Shown: in pieces, positions 1-9,687 of the stretch
Numbering within the stretch: the stretch's first letter is position 1
Layout: the number at the start of each line of letters is the position of its first letter
NCBI RefSeq assembly: GCF_014857065.1
Contig: NZ_CP046533.1
Coordinates: 30,001-62,000, forward strand
Source: Candidatus Saccharimonadota bacterium
GTDB lineage: Bacteria > Pseudomonadota > Gammaproteobacteria > Enterobacterales > Enterobacteriaceae
Direction of reading: 5' to 3'
DNA: 32,000 bases
Translations under genes and position numbers: made by a program
The notes under the pieces: model-generated
What the model was told of the DNA's origin: nothing
Seen by the model: the letters and a program-made list of their open reading frames with translations, nothing else
Databases searched by the model: none

Positions 1-472
1 CAGTGTTCTTAAAAATTTCTCAAAATGTTGCTTTGTACATTGGATTTGTATGTTATTTATTGTGTATTTACCATATTATTGTTGATTACTTTATATCCAA
101 TGGATGTGTTGTTGATTTTTGGTTTTGTAAATTTTTAGTTACAATTATACTTGAATTGTATATTTTACATTTTAAATTTATAATTTCAATTAATGTAATA
201 ATATAATGGTTTTACAGAAAATTTTATTTCTTAAATAAGATCTACTATTGAAAGTTGTATTCTCGTATTCGCAATTTTTTTATTATGTCATAAATATTAG
301 TTATGTCTCAATTATAGTATATTATTTTAAATGCATAAATTTGTTAATTCTAGTAAGTTTAGACATCTTAATACAAAGGGAGCGTAATAAGTTGATTTAT
401 AATAATGTGTCGTTTGTAAAATTAAGAGATTTTTGTTTTTTATTATTTTAGTTTTGGATTTTTATTTATATA

Positions 473-1075
473 TTATTTTTTAGAAATAGGGAATAAAAAA
501 TGACCCATTTTATGCGCTTTAGTATCTAGATAATTGGTATTTTTAGGATTTCGTCCAACAATTAATGGTACTCTTTCGCTAATGTTTATTTGAGATTGGC
601 TAAGTATTTTGACTTTTTGAGGATTATTGGTTAAGAGACGTATTGTTTTAATATGTAATAATTCAAGTATATCGGCGCATAAGGTGAAATCGCGTTCATC
701 TGCAGAGAATCCTAAATGTTGATTCGCTTCAACCGTATCAGCTCCATTATCTTGCAGTGCATAAGCTTTAATTTTATTTAATAATCCTATATTTCTACCT
801 TCTTGTCTATGATATATAAGAATGCCGCGGCCTTCTTGTATTATATGATGTAATGCTGCTTCCAATTGAAAGCCGCAATCGCAACGTAAGCTAAATAATG
901 CATCGCCAGTCAGACATTCAGAGTGTATTCTTGCTAGAACTGGGTTGGATCCAGCAACATTTCCGTATATTAATGCTACATGATTTTTTTCAGTTTTTTT
1001 TTCTTCAAATCCTACAATTAAAAAGTTCCCCCATCGAGTTGGTAATTTAGCTTCTACTATACGTTTTATTTGCAT
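473..1075 (-). CDS. ribA: GTP cyclohydrolase II (riboflavin biosynthesis)
   Basis: The 200-aa ORF is colinear with E. coli RibA (196 aa). The conserved core [25 protein letters not shown] and [22 protein letters not shown] is present. It begins [13 protein letters not shown], against E. coli MQLKRVAEAKLPT. Confidence 0.95.
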   Translation of the reverse strand: MQIKRIVEAKLPTRWGNFLIVGFEEKKTEKNHVALIYGNVAGSNPVLARIHSECLTGDALFSLRCDCGFQLEAALHHIIQEGRGILIYHRQEGRNIGLLNKIKAYALQDNGADTVEANQHLGFSADERDFTLCADILELLHIKTIRLLTNNPQKVKILSQSQINISERVPLIVGRNPKNTNYLDTKAHKMGHFLFPISKK

Positions 1076-1544
1076 GTTTTCCCCACATTGTATACGTAAA
1101 ATATATAAATTTTATATCTTATAACTAAAGGTATCATTTATAAGCAGCTTATTAAATATAGTATGCTACAATATTTGCATGAATTTCATTTTTATAAAGG
1201 TAAATTGAAAAATATTTTTTATTTTGTTTTAGTATGTGTTAATCTCTTGCTTGTTTTTTCTGTTTTGATGATTGTTGTTTAAGTAAAGAAATTGTAAGAC
1301 GGTAATATGTGCTTAAGGTGTTGACCTGATTCTGATATATAATATTCTTATATATCGATGTAATAATCAGTTTGTTTATAGTCTGAATTAACGTTGTTAA
1401 TCGATAAAGATTAAATGAAGATTTATTAATTATTTTAGACATTATCTATTACTTGATTGTTTTGTAATATTGTTTTGTTTCAGTCAGTTAATATTTATAT
1501 GTATAAGTTTTTATTAATTTTTACGTGAGTAGCAAAGAGAGTTT

Positions 1545-2942
1545 ATGAAAATTATATCTATAAATGATATTTTACATAAGAAGTTAAATGTTGGTAGTCA
1601 AGTAATAGTGCAAGGATGGGTGCGTACTCGTCGTGATTCAAAAGCTAAAATTTCATTTTTAACTATTTATGATGGTTCTTGTTTTTCTTCATTACAAATA
1701 ATCATTAAAAATACGATATCTAATTATTACACTGATGTTTTAAGTCTTACCTCTGGTTGTTCAGTTCAAATTACCGGCAAAATAGTAAAATCTTTAGGAA
1801 GTAAACAATATTTTGAAATGCAAGCAGTTATAGTTGAAGTATTAGGAAGAGTGAATAATCCAGACACATATCCTATATCTGCAAAACAGCATAGTATGAA
1901 GCATTTAAGAGGGGTAGCTCATTTACGACCACGGACCAATTTAATTGGATCTATAGCACGTATTAGGCATACTTTATTGCAGGCAATGCATCGTTATATG
2001 GATATGCAAGGTTTTTTTTGGGTTACTACTCCCATTATTACCTCTTCTGATACTGAAGGTGCTAGTAAAATGTTTCGTGTTTCGACTTTAGATCTTTCAA
2101 ATTTATCCAATAGATCATGTAAAATAGATTATAAAAAAGATTTTTTTGGTAAAGAAACCTTTTTGACTGTTTCTGGACAGTTAAATGGAGAGTGTTATGC
2201 ATGTGCATTATCAAAAATTTATACTTTTGGTCCTACTTTTCGAGCAGAAAATTCTAGTACTAGCCGGCATTTAGCTGAATTTTGGATGTTAGAACCAGAA
2301 ATGGCATTTGCTAATTTAAAAGATATTTCTTTTTTTGCTGTGTCTTTATTAAAGAATATTTTTAAGGTTATTTTAGATAAGTGTACGGCAGATATTGAAT
2401 TTCTTGTTGAAAAAATAGATCGTAATATTATAAATCGTTTAGAAAATTTTATAGATAGAGATTGTACTTTAATTTCTTATACTAAAATAATAGACATATT
2501 GCGAAACAGCGAGCTGCAATCTATCAATCAAATAGTTTGGGGTCAAGATTTTTCTTCCGAACATGAACGATTTCTCACAGAGAAGTATTTTCAATCTCCG
2601 GTAATAATAACAGATTATCCTAAGGAAATTAAGGCTTTTTATATGCGTTTAAATAATGATTTTAAAACTGTTGCGGCTATGGATTTATTAGTCCCTTTAG
2701 TTGGAGAGTTAATTGGTGGTTCACAGCGAGAAGAACGTCTTAACGTATTAGATATTAGATTGGAAGAATTTGGTTTAAATAAAGATGATTATTATTGGTA
2801 TCGGGATTTACGTCGTTATGGTACTGTACCTCATTCTGGATTTGGGTTAGGTTTTGAAAGATTAATTTTATATATCACTGGCGTACAAAATATTAAGGAT
2901 GTTATACCTTTTCCTAGATATCCATGTAGTATTAATTTTTAA
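1545..2942 (+). CDS. asnS: asparaginyl-tRNA synthetase
   Basis: The 465-aa ORF is colinear with E. coli AsnS (466 aa). Class II aaRS motifs are present: [29 protein letters not shown] and GFGLGFERL. The [13 protein letters not shown]-fold segment is conserved. Confidence 0.96.
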   Translation: MKIISINDILHKKLNVGSQVIVQGWVRTRRDSKAKISFLTIYDGSCFSSLQIIIKNTISNYYTDVLSLTSGCSVQITGKIVKSLGSKQYFEMQAVIVEVLGRVNNPDTYPISAKQHSMKHLRGVAHLRPRTNLIGSIARIRHTLLQAMHRYMDMQGFFWVTTPIITSSDTEGASKMFRVSTLDLSNLSNRSCKIDYKKDFFGKETFLTVSGQLNGECYACALSKIYTFGPTFRAENSSTSRHLAEFWMLEPEMAFANLKDISFFAVSLLKNIFKVILDKCTADIEFLVEKIDRNIINRLENFIDRDCTLISYTKIIDILRNSELQSINQIVWGQDFSSEHERFLTEKYFQSPVIITDYPKEIKAFYMRLNNDFKTVAAMDLLVPLVGELIGGSQREERLNVLDIRLEEFGLNKDDYYWYRDLRRYGTVPHSGFGLGFERLILYITGVQNIKDVIPFPRYPCSINF

Positions 2943-3163
2943 TGTTATTTTGATTTTTTAATACATTTTATTTATATTCTTGTGATTGTTGTGATTAATT
3001 TTGAATATAATTTATAAGTATTATTCATTAAATTGCAAATTAAGTCTTTGTAATTTAAAATTTGTTAATTGTTAAAAATTTTAATTTAAACTATTGGCAA
3101 AATAATCATAAGGAAGTAAAGTATATGCATAAATTTTTGTTTGGAATTATATAGGTATATCTT

Positions 3164-4351
3164 ATGTTTGAATTAATTAAATTGGCTGCTCCTGATCCTA
3201 TACTTGGAATTTCAGAGATTTTTAATAATGATAATCGTCCCGATAAAATAAATTTAGGCATTGGCGTGTATCAAGATGAATATGGAAATACACCGATTTT
3301 AGATAGCGTTAAACAAGCAGAATCTTCAATACTTAAAAATGAAATTACTAAGAATTATTTGAGTATTGAAGGAATATCTGATTTTATTTCTTGTACTCAA
3401 AGATTATTGTTTGGTATAGATAGTCAAATTGTTAAGGATCGTCGAATTTGTACCGTTCAAGCTCCTGGAGGTACTGGTGCGATACGAATCGCTTCAGATT
3501 TTTTAGTTAAAAATACGATAGCAAAACGAGTTTGGGTCAGTAGTCCAACTTGGACCAATCATATTAATATATTCAAGGCTGCAGGTTTACAAGTTTGTAA
3601 TTATTCGTATTATGATTACGAGGAGTGCGGTCTTAATTTTGATGGTATGTTGATGGACTTGAGTAATGCACGATGTGGTGATATTGTTTTACTACATTCT
3701 TGTTGTCACAATCCGACAGGGGTCGATTTAAATGCTAATCAATGGCGTATTTTAGCAAAATTATCAGCAAAAAATCATTGGTTACCTTTGTTTGATTTAG
3801 CTTATCAAGGTTTTGGTAAAGGTTTGACTGAAGATGTTAAAGGTATTCATGTTTTTTCTGAATATAATCAAGAATTGATCATTTGTAGTTCTTATTCAAA
3901 GAATTTTGGTTTATATAATGAACGTGTTGGTGCTTGTACTTTAGTTGCTACCAGTGCTTCGGCTGCTGAATGCTCTTTAAGTCAATTAAAGTCTATCATT
4001 AGAGCGAATTATTCAAATCCACCAGCACATGGTGCTTTTATTGTTAGTACAATTTTGAAGGATAAAATTTTAAAATTTAAATGGGAAGAAGAACTTAGTA
4101 ATATGAGACAAAATATAGGGTATATGCGTCAATTATTTGTATATACCTTAAATGATAAGGTTGATAAGGATTTTAGTTTTATTAATCAACAAATTGGAAT
4201 GTTTTCTTTTATGGGTCTTAATCGTGATCAAGTAGTGAAATTGCGTGATTTGTCAGGTATTTATATGACAGATTCTGCAAGGATTAACGTTGCAGGTATC
4301 ACTTTAAAAAATATTAATTTTATATGTGATGCTATTGCTTCGGTTTTATAA
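3164..4351 (+). CDS. aspC: aspartate aminotransferase (PLP-dependent)
   Basis: The 395-aa ORF is colinear with E. coli AspC (396 aa). It carries the PLP-lysine motif SYSKNFGLYNERVG, plus CCHNPTG and ANYSNPPAHGA. Confidence 0.95.
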   Translation: MFELIKLAAPDPILGISEIFNNDNRPDKINLGIGVYQDEYGNTPILDSVKQAESSILKNEITKNYLSIEGISDFISCTQRLLFGIDSQIVKDRRICTVQAPGGTGAIRIASDFLVKNTIAKRVWVSSPTWTNHINIFKAAGLQVCNYSYYDYEECGLNFDGMLMDLSNARCGDIVLLHSCCHNPTGVDLNANQWRILAKLSAKNHWLPLFDLAYQGFGKGLTEDVKGIHVFSEYNQELIICSSYSKNFGLYNERVGACTLVATSASAAECSLSQLKSIIRANYSNPPAHGAFIVSTILKDKILKFKWEEELSNMRQNIGYMRQLFVYTLNDKVDKDFSFINQQIGMFSFMGLNRDQVVKLRDLSGIYMTDSARINVAGITLKNINFICDAIASVL

Positions 4352-4506
4352 CTTAAACATTTTGGGAGATATTTTTTGTTTTTATTTGGGATATGCTCTC
4401 ATTTATGAATTAAAGGTTGTTTTATTTGTGGTATTTATTTTATTGATTTCTTTTTTGAAATTACTGTTTATTAATAGTAGTAATGGCTTAAGGATGTAAT
4501 TGTATT

Positions 4507-5139
4507 TTATACAAGGAACGGATTGTTTTTGCGTTCGTATCCAATGGTTGATATTGGTCCGTGTCCAGGTAAAAAAATTGTGTTATCATTCATTGGTAAT
4601 ATTTTCTTTTTTATAGAATTTATTAATTGTTTTATGTCTCCTCCTGGCAAGTCAGTTCGGCCAATACTTTTTTTAAATAAAACATCTCCCATTAATATAA
4701 AATTGTATTTTTTATTCCAAAAAATTACGTGTCCTGGAGAATGTCCTGGACAGTGTAATACATTAAATGTTATTTCATTTCCTATTTTTATTAAATCGTT
4801 TTCTTTTAACCAAAAATCAGGTATTACAGGCTGAATGTGTTGGAGGGAAAATGCTTGAGCCTGATTAGACAAGTTTTCTAGGAGGACTCGGTCCTCTTGA
4901 TGCGGGCCAATAATTGGTGCATTATAGAATCGTGATAACACCCGTGCACTCCCAACATGATCTAAATGCCCATGAGTGATTAAAATTTTTTCTATAACTA
5001 GTTTTAAGTTATTTATTACTTTATGTATTTTTACTTCTTCTCCACCAGGATCCACCAAGGCTGTTAATTTAGTTTTCTTACACCATATTAAAGAACAATT
5101 CTGTTGAAAATGAGTTACCGGAATAATTTTATATTGCAT
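4507..5139 (-). CDS. gloC: metallo-beta-lactamase-fold hydrolase, YcbL/GloC-type hydroxyacylglutathione hydrolase
   Basis: The 210-aa ORF is colinear with E. coli YcbL/GloC (215 aa). It starts [20 protein letters not shown], against E. coli [20 protein letters not shown]. It has the HxHxDH metal motif (THGHLDHVG) and [10 protein letters not shown]. Confidence 0.88.
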   Translation of the reverse strand: [210 protein letters not shown]

Positions 5140-5299
5140 ATTTTATTTTATTCGTCTTTATGTATGCTACAAATCAAAATTTGTTAGTTTTTTAATTTAT
5201 TTATTAATTTTATTAATGTTTAATTTTGTTTAATTTATGTTAGCCAAGTTATGTTCAAGATATCTTAATTTTATTTTTTAATTGTTATTAAAATACTAA

Positions 5300-6082
5300 T
5301 TATCCTAATTTATTCATATGAGCAATGTTAAATCCTCCATCTACATAGATAACTGAACCAGTAATGGCAGCAGATAAATTAGAACATAAAAAAGCTGCAG
5401 TATTACCAATATCTTCAATTGTTATATTTCTTCTAATTGGAGAAGATGATGCGCAATGAGATAACATTTTTTTAAAATTTGTTATCCCGGTTGCAGCTAA
5501 TGTGTATATAGGTCCTGAAGAGATAGCATTTACTCGTATTCCATCTGGACCCATAGAATTAGCCATATATTTTGTATTTGCTTCTAAAGAGGCTTTAGCT
5601 AATCCCATAATGTTGTAATTTGGAACTGCTCGTACTGCTCCTAAATACGTTAAAGTGATTAAGGATGAATCTTTATTAAGCATTTTTCTTGATGCTTTAG
5701 CCATTGCGACAAAACTGTAAGAACTAATATCATGTGCTATCCTAAAACTTTCTTTGGTTATAACATCTACATAGTCACCTTTTAATTGATTTGGAGGAGC
5801 AAAAGCAATTGCATGTATAAAGCCATCAAAAGTATTCCATGTTTTTGCCAATTTTGAGAATAGTTCGATAATATTTTCATCATTTTCTACGTTACATGGT
5901 AAAATGATGCTAGAATTAAAATGTTTAGAGAGAACTTCTATACGTAATCTGATTTTTTCATTTGGATACGTAAAAGCTAATTCTGCTCCTTCACGATAAA
6001 GGGCTTGAGCAATACCGTACGCAATTGATCGAGTATTAACGATGCCAGTAATTAATATTCGTTTTCCAGTAAGAAAACTCAC
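5300..6082 (-). CDS. fabI: enoyl-ACP reductase (NADH)
   Basis: The 260-aa ORF is colinear with E. coli FabI (262 aa). It has the GKRILITG nucleotide-binding start and the catalytic region [16 protein letters not shown] (Tyr/Lys). Confidence 0.95.
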   Translation of the reverse strand: MSFLTGKRILITGIVNTRSIAYGIAQALYREGAELAFTYPNEKIRLRIEVLSKHFNSSIILPCNVENDENIIELFSKLAKTWNTFDGFIHAIAFAPPNQLKGDYVDVITKESFRIAHDISSYSFVAMAKASRKMLNKDSSLITLTYLGAVRAVPNYNIMGLAKASLEANTKYMANSMGPDGIRVNAISSGPIYTLAATGITNFKKMLSHCASSSPIRRNITIEDIGNTAAFLCSNLSAAITGSVIYVDGGFNIAHMNKLG

Positions 6083-6645
6083 AATTCCTCCTGTTCTAAA
6101 AAGAGATCAGAAATGGTTTCTATATAATTCATGTTATTCAGAAATTATTTTAAACATATTTTTAAGGTGTGTGTATTTTATTTTTTTTTGTTATCTAAAT
6201 TTTATATCGCCTAGTATTATGTATATATTAATTGGCCATAATAACAGCTATATATAAGTTCTAAAATATAAATTTCATTATAATATTTTAATTTAAAATT
6301 ATCAAATATTAAAATGCAAACTATATTTTATTAATTTATGCGTTTTAGTTGTTAGGTTTCTTGATTATTATTGATTTTTATTATAGTATTTATTTTCGTT
6401 TCTTTATGTAAGAGTTTTGTTTTTGTTTATGATGTAGATACTGGCAGATTTAGTTATTATAATAAGTGGATCAATATAGTAAGATATCATATTTTATAAA
6501 GTGAATATACTGATTATATTCTACTTTATAGTAATTCCTCGAGGTTGCGGATTATATTAGTTTTTTAATAAGTCTACGAAGATTTTTAATGTTTAAATTT
6601 GATTATGTGTTTTTGTTATTTGTTTATTGTTTTCTTTTATCTTTT

Positions 6646-7170
6646 TTAATTAAAGATCTCAATGTTTTTAAATAATCCCACCTTAAGATCGGAGGCAGTG
6701 TAAATCATTTCACCATCACACAGTACTTGCCCGTCGGCCATACCCATTATTAACTTGCGTTTAATAATTCTTCTAAAATGAATCAAATAAGTAACTTTTT
6801 TAGAACTGGGTAAAATTTGTCCAGCGAATTTTACTTCCCCTACTCCCAAAGCACGTCCTTTACCAATTCCTCCTAGCCAACCTAAGTAAAATCCAACTAG
6901 TTGCCACATTGCATCTAATCCCAAACATCCCGGCATAACTGGATCTCCAATAAAATGGCAGTAAAAAAACCACATATCTGCTTTAATATCTAATTCTGCT
7001 TCTACAAATCCTTTATCATAATTCCCACCAGTTTCACTCATTTTTGTTACTCTATCTATCATTAACATATTAGGGGCAGGTAATGATGGTCCTTCTTTAC
7101 CAAATAATTCTCCTCTACTAGAAGCTAGTAAATCTTCTTTTGAATATTTTGCTCGTTTATTATTAGTCAT
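6646..7170 (-). CDS. fabA: 3-hydroxydecanoyl-ACP dehydratase/isomerase
   Basis: The 174-aa ORF is nearly identical in long blocks to E. coli FabA (172 aa), for example [31 protein letters not shown] (active-site His) and [11 protein letters not shown]. Confidence 0.96.
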   Translation of the reverse strand: MTNNKRAKYSKEDLLASSRGELFGKEGPSLPAPNMLMIDRVTKMSETGGNYDKGFVEAELDIKADMWFFYCHFIGDPVMPGCLGLDAMWQLVGFYLGWLGGIGKGRALGVGEVKFAGQILPSSKKVTYLIHFRRIIKRKLIMGMADGQVLCDGEMIYTASDLKVGLFKNIEIFN

Positions 7171-7917
7171 ATATTTCTCTTCTTGAATATTTAATTGATA
7201 AAATTAAGAAATTGGTTTTTCTTTTTTATAATTTTATTATCTGGCAGTGATAATAAAAGTTGATTGTTATAGAATTTTGATATTTAGAAAGTAAATATAT
7301 ACAGCACATGGTTATTATCTTGTTATGTTTTATTAATAAAAATTAAATATAACATCATTATTCATTTGTAAGAGTATGTATGTGTTTTGTATAATTATTG
7401 TATTTCAGTTATTTTAGATTTTTTGTAAAATTTGTAATTATTTTGCTGATGTTTTATCAAATCACATATTTATTGGATTACCTATTAAAATATAGTATAA
7501 CGTGTGAATTAAATTTTCATATTAAAACAAATTTGTTATTTTAGTTTTTGATATTTATGTTTGTGTTAAATTATTATTTGTTTTAAAGGTGAAATATTTA
7601 TTTAACGGGGTGAATTTTGTTGGATAATTGTTAATTTAAATCAAAATTTTATATTTCTAATATTAGACAAGGTATTATTTTATTTTTAATTGGTATTTTT
7701 ATTAGAAATGAACTGCTTATTATAGAATTGTATAAATCGTATAAATTATCGAAATTTAATAAACGTCCTTTATTTAGATTTTATGATGAATTTATTAAAT
7801 ATTAATCAAAGTATATTGGTTTGTATTTCTTGATGTTGAAATTTATTTATAACAAAAATACAATTGTAACTGTATTCTATTGTAGTTCATGATTATCATG
7901 AAGTATTTATGCAATTT

Positions 7918-8235
7918 TTAATTTCTTAACCTTGGTTTCTTTAACTGAATACGAATTGATCTGGCTAAATCATCTAGTATTGGTTGTTCTGGATGGAACA
8001 TTAATGGTTCATGTCCTAATTGAACTTCTGCTAAATAGGTATGTATTGGTTTCCCTTCTTCATCTTCCATTACAACATGATACCAAGGAGAGGTGCGAAG
8101 AGTATTATCTGCAGTAATTTCTTCTAATTTTGGTTTTTCTAGTGAGTATTCTGGATCTACGTCTATAATTACACCTAAATATCCCAGCAACTTGTGTCTT
8201 ACTTGTTGTCCTATACTAAATTTACTAGCAATCAT
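7918..8235 (-). CDS. hspQ: heat-shock protein HspQ (YccV, hemimethylated-DNA-binding family)
   Basis: The 105-aa ORF is the same length as E. coli HspQ. It starts [14 protein letters not shown], contains [12 protein letters not shown] and ends PRLRN. Confidence 0.9.
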   Translation of the reverse strand: MIASKFSIGQQVRHKLLGYLGVIIDVDPEYSLEKPKLEEITADNTLRTSPWYHVVMEDEEGKPIHTYLAEVQLGHEPLMFHPEQPILDDLARSIRIQLKKPRLRN

Positions 8236-8584
8236 AAAATCTCCTCAAATATTTAATTATTTATATTGGGTTTTCATTTAATAAAATGAATAATGAAACA
8301 ACGTTAGTGATAAACTTAAAGCACTGAATTATAACAAAGTTACTGTTAAAATTACAGCTAAGTATTTATTATGGTAAATTACTTTTTTAAGCACAACTAA
8401 AATTTCTAAGTTTCTTGATAGTTTTCGATGTGACCTTTTAGAACCATAAAAGATTCTTATGAATTATATTTTATCATGATTTATGTTCGAATGCTACATT
8501 ATTAATTTTTTACGATTTAGACTAGATATTTCTAAATAATTTTAGCTATAAATTAAAGTGCTAATTTAAAAAATTTTTTTAATT

Positions 8585-8914
8585 TTACATACACCTATTA
8601 GATTTAGGCAATCCTGCAATTTTAGCTGCTAATTTCGCAGGACTTTCAGAAGGGAAAAGATGAAAAAGGTACCTGCTATTACCAATATTAGTTCCATATT
8701 TTAATGCAATAATTTTGACCAACATTCGCATTGCTGGCGTAATTTTAAATTTTTTATAAAAGGACCTGAGGAAGTATATTATTTCCCAGTGTTTTTTTGT
8801 AAGATAAATATTAGATTCTTCAGCAATTTTTATAGCTATTTCTTCATTCCAATCATTTATGTTTATTAAATGCCCGTATGTATCAATAGTAGTATTTTTT
8901 TGTTTAAACTGCAT
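8585..8914 (-). CDS. tusE: sulfur-relay protein TusE (2-thiouridine synthesis)
   Basis: The 109-aa ORF is the same length as E. coli TusE/YccK. It contains GNSRYLFHLFP..PAKLAAKIAGLPK and the conserved penultimate Cys (NRCM). Confidence 0.88.
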   Translation of the reverse strand: MQFKQKNTTIDTYGHLININDWNEEIAIKIAEESNIYLTKKHWEIIYFLRSFYKKFKITPAMRMLVKIIALKYGTNIGNSRYLFHLFPSESPAKLAAKIAGLPKSNRCM

Positions 8915-8979
8915 TATGTTAAATTTCTATTTTAAAATTTATATTTTATATTTCTATTTATAAAATCTTGTTTAATTTC

Positions 8980-9021
8980 TGTTCAAGAATAAGAAAAAAA
9001 TTTTTTTCTTATTCTTGAACA
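8980..9021. repeat. perfect 42-bp palindrome (21+21, no spacer)
   Basis: The sequence is TGTTCAAGAATAAGAAAAAAA followed directly by TTTTTTTCTTATTCTTGAACA. I checked every position pair by hand. It lies in the divergent spacer between the tusE start (8914) and tRNA-Ser (9128). Confidence 0.9.
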
Positions 9022-9036
9022 ATGTTATTTTAATAG

Positions 9037-9078
9037 TATTTTTATCATTTAATACTTTAATATTAAACGATAAAAATA
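9037..9078. repeat. 42-nt imperfect inverted repeat / hairpin (18-nt arms, 1 mismatch, 6-nt loop)
   Basis: Arm 9037-9054 (TATTTTTATCATTTAATA) pairs with arm 9061-9078 (TATTAAACGATAAAAATA). The only mismatch is 9047 A against 9068 C. The loop is CTTTAA. It starts 15 bp after the 42-bp palindrome. Confidence 0.8.
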
Positions 9079-9087
9079 TCAAAGTGT

Positions 9088-9116
9088 TTGCAATTTTATT
9101 TGTTTTTATATAGCAT
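9088..9116 (+). promoter_or_regulatory. candidate sigma70 promoter for tRNA-Ser (TTGCAA, 17-bp spacer, TAGCAT)
   Basis: A -35-like TTGCAA sits at 9088-9093 and a -10-like TAGCAT at 9111-9116. The mature tRNA 5' end is at 9128. Such matches are frequent by chance in DNA this AT-rich, so this call is tentative. Confidence 0.25.
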
Positions 9117-9127
9117 CTTATATTCAT

Positions 9128-9220
9128 GGAGGAATGGTCGAGTGGTTAAAGGCGCCGGTCTTGAAAATCGGAAACGTATAATTAAAGATACGTTCTAGAG
9201 TTCGAATCTCTATTCCTCCT
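9128..9220 (+). tRNA. serT: tRNA-Ser (anticodon UGA), class II, no encoded CCA
   Basis: I folded the cloverleaf by hand. The acceptor is GGAGGAA/TTCCTCC, the anticodon stem CCGGT/ATCGG with loop CTTGAAA, and the T-arm TAGAG-TTCGAAT-CTCTA. The variable arm is 24 nt (ACGTAT/ATACGT stem). It aligns to E. coli serT. Confidence 0.9.
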
Positions 9221-9384
9221 TGTTTTAATTGATTGATTGAGATAGATTTGTGTTAATTTATTTTCTCTTTTTATAAATTAAATTAAAATTGATTTTGAAT
9301 CATTATTGATATTTATATAATTACGTTTGGTAAGATAAATTTGTTAACAAACGGATTAAGCATCATTAAGAATAACTGAAACGT

Positions 9385-9457
9385 GGGTCGTTAGCTCAAG
9401 TGGTAGAGCGGTTGATTCTTAATCAATTGGTTATAGGTTCGATTCCTATACGACCCA
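9385..9457 (+). tRNA. tRNA-Lys (anticodon CUU), no encoded CCA
   Basis: The sequence is GGGTCGTTAGCTCAAGTGGTAGAGCGGTTGATTCTTAATCAATTGGTTATAGGTTCGATTCCTATACGACCCA. It aligns along its whole length to E. coli tRNA-Lys. The anticodon loop reads TTCTTAA, so the anticodon is CTT rather than TTT. Confidence 0.88.
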
Positions 9458-9687
9458 AAATTTAAGTAATGAATTTTTTAATGTTTTGATCTTTTAAATT
9501 TTAATCTTTGGACTTAAAATGTATGAAAATAGATTAGAAGTGGATTGTTTCTTAAGTGAATATGTAATTATGTATTTTATACGTTTTAGACCCTGAAGTT
9601 TTAATGTATTGATTTAATTTACATTAATTATAAGTTAGTGGATCTAGAAGTGTCGTTTTAAATCTTAAATCTCTAATGTAAATTACA

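Noticed and set aside
3-451. Two 67-aa plus-strand ORFs (3..206 and 248..451) at the left edge
   Set aside because: Their composition is pure AT-bias (I/F/Y/N/L/K/V-rich, low complexity). I see no SD and no similarity to any family I recognise. They lie downstream of the ribA stop in what looks like spacer DNA.
1321-1348. TTGACC -35-like hexamer with nearby TATAAT/TATTCT upstream of asnS
   Set aside because: Spacing to the good -10 (TATAAT at 1338-1343) is only 11 bp, and the correctly spaced hexamer is weak. It cannot be told apart from background in AT-rich DNA.
1239-1442. 67-aa minus-strand ORF in the ribA-asnS spacer
   Set aside because: It is a low-complexity N/I/K/T/Q-rich peptide with no SD and no recognisable motif. 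ORFs of this length arise by chance in sequence this AT-rich, so this is most likely an artefact. I cannot fully exclude a small protein.
4523-4834. Antisense or overlapping ORFs in the track: 4523..4834, 6042..6257, 7932..8117, 8093..8281, 11372..11563, 14789..14974, 18329..18535, 19737..19979, 20323..20553, 20641..20850
   Set aside because: Each lies opposite to, or overlaps, a strongly supported conserved gene (gloC, fabI, hspQ, lpxL, rluC, fabD, fabG, acpP, pabC). None has a recognisable motif. They are shadow ORFs.
9340-9351. 12-bp palindrome TTTGTTAACAAA between tRNA-Ser and tRNA-Lys, plus many 6-8 bp AT-only hairpins in spacers
   Set aside because: These lengths are expected by chance given the composition, and their positions show no consistent pattern.
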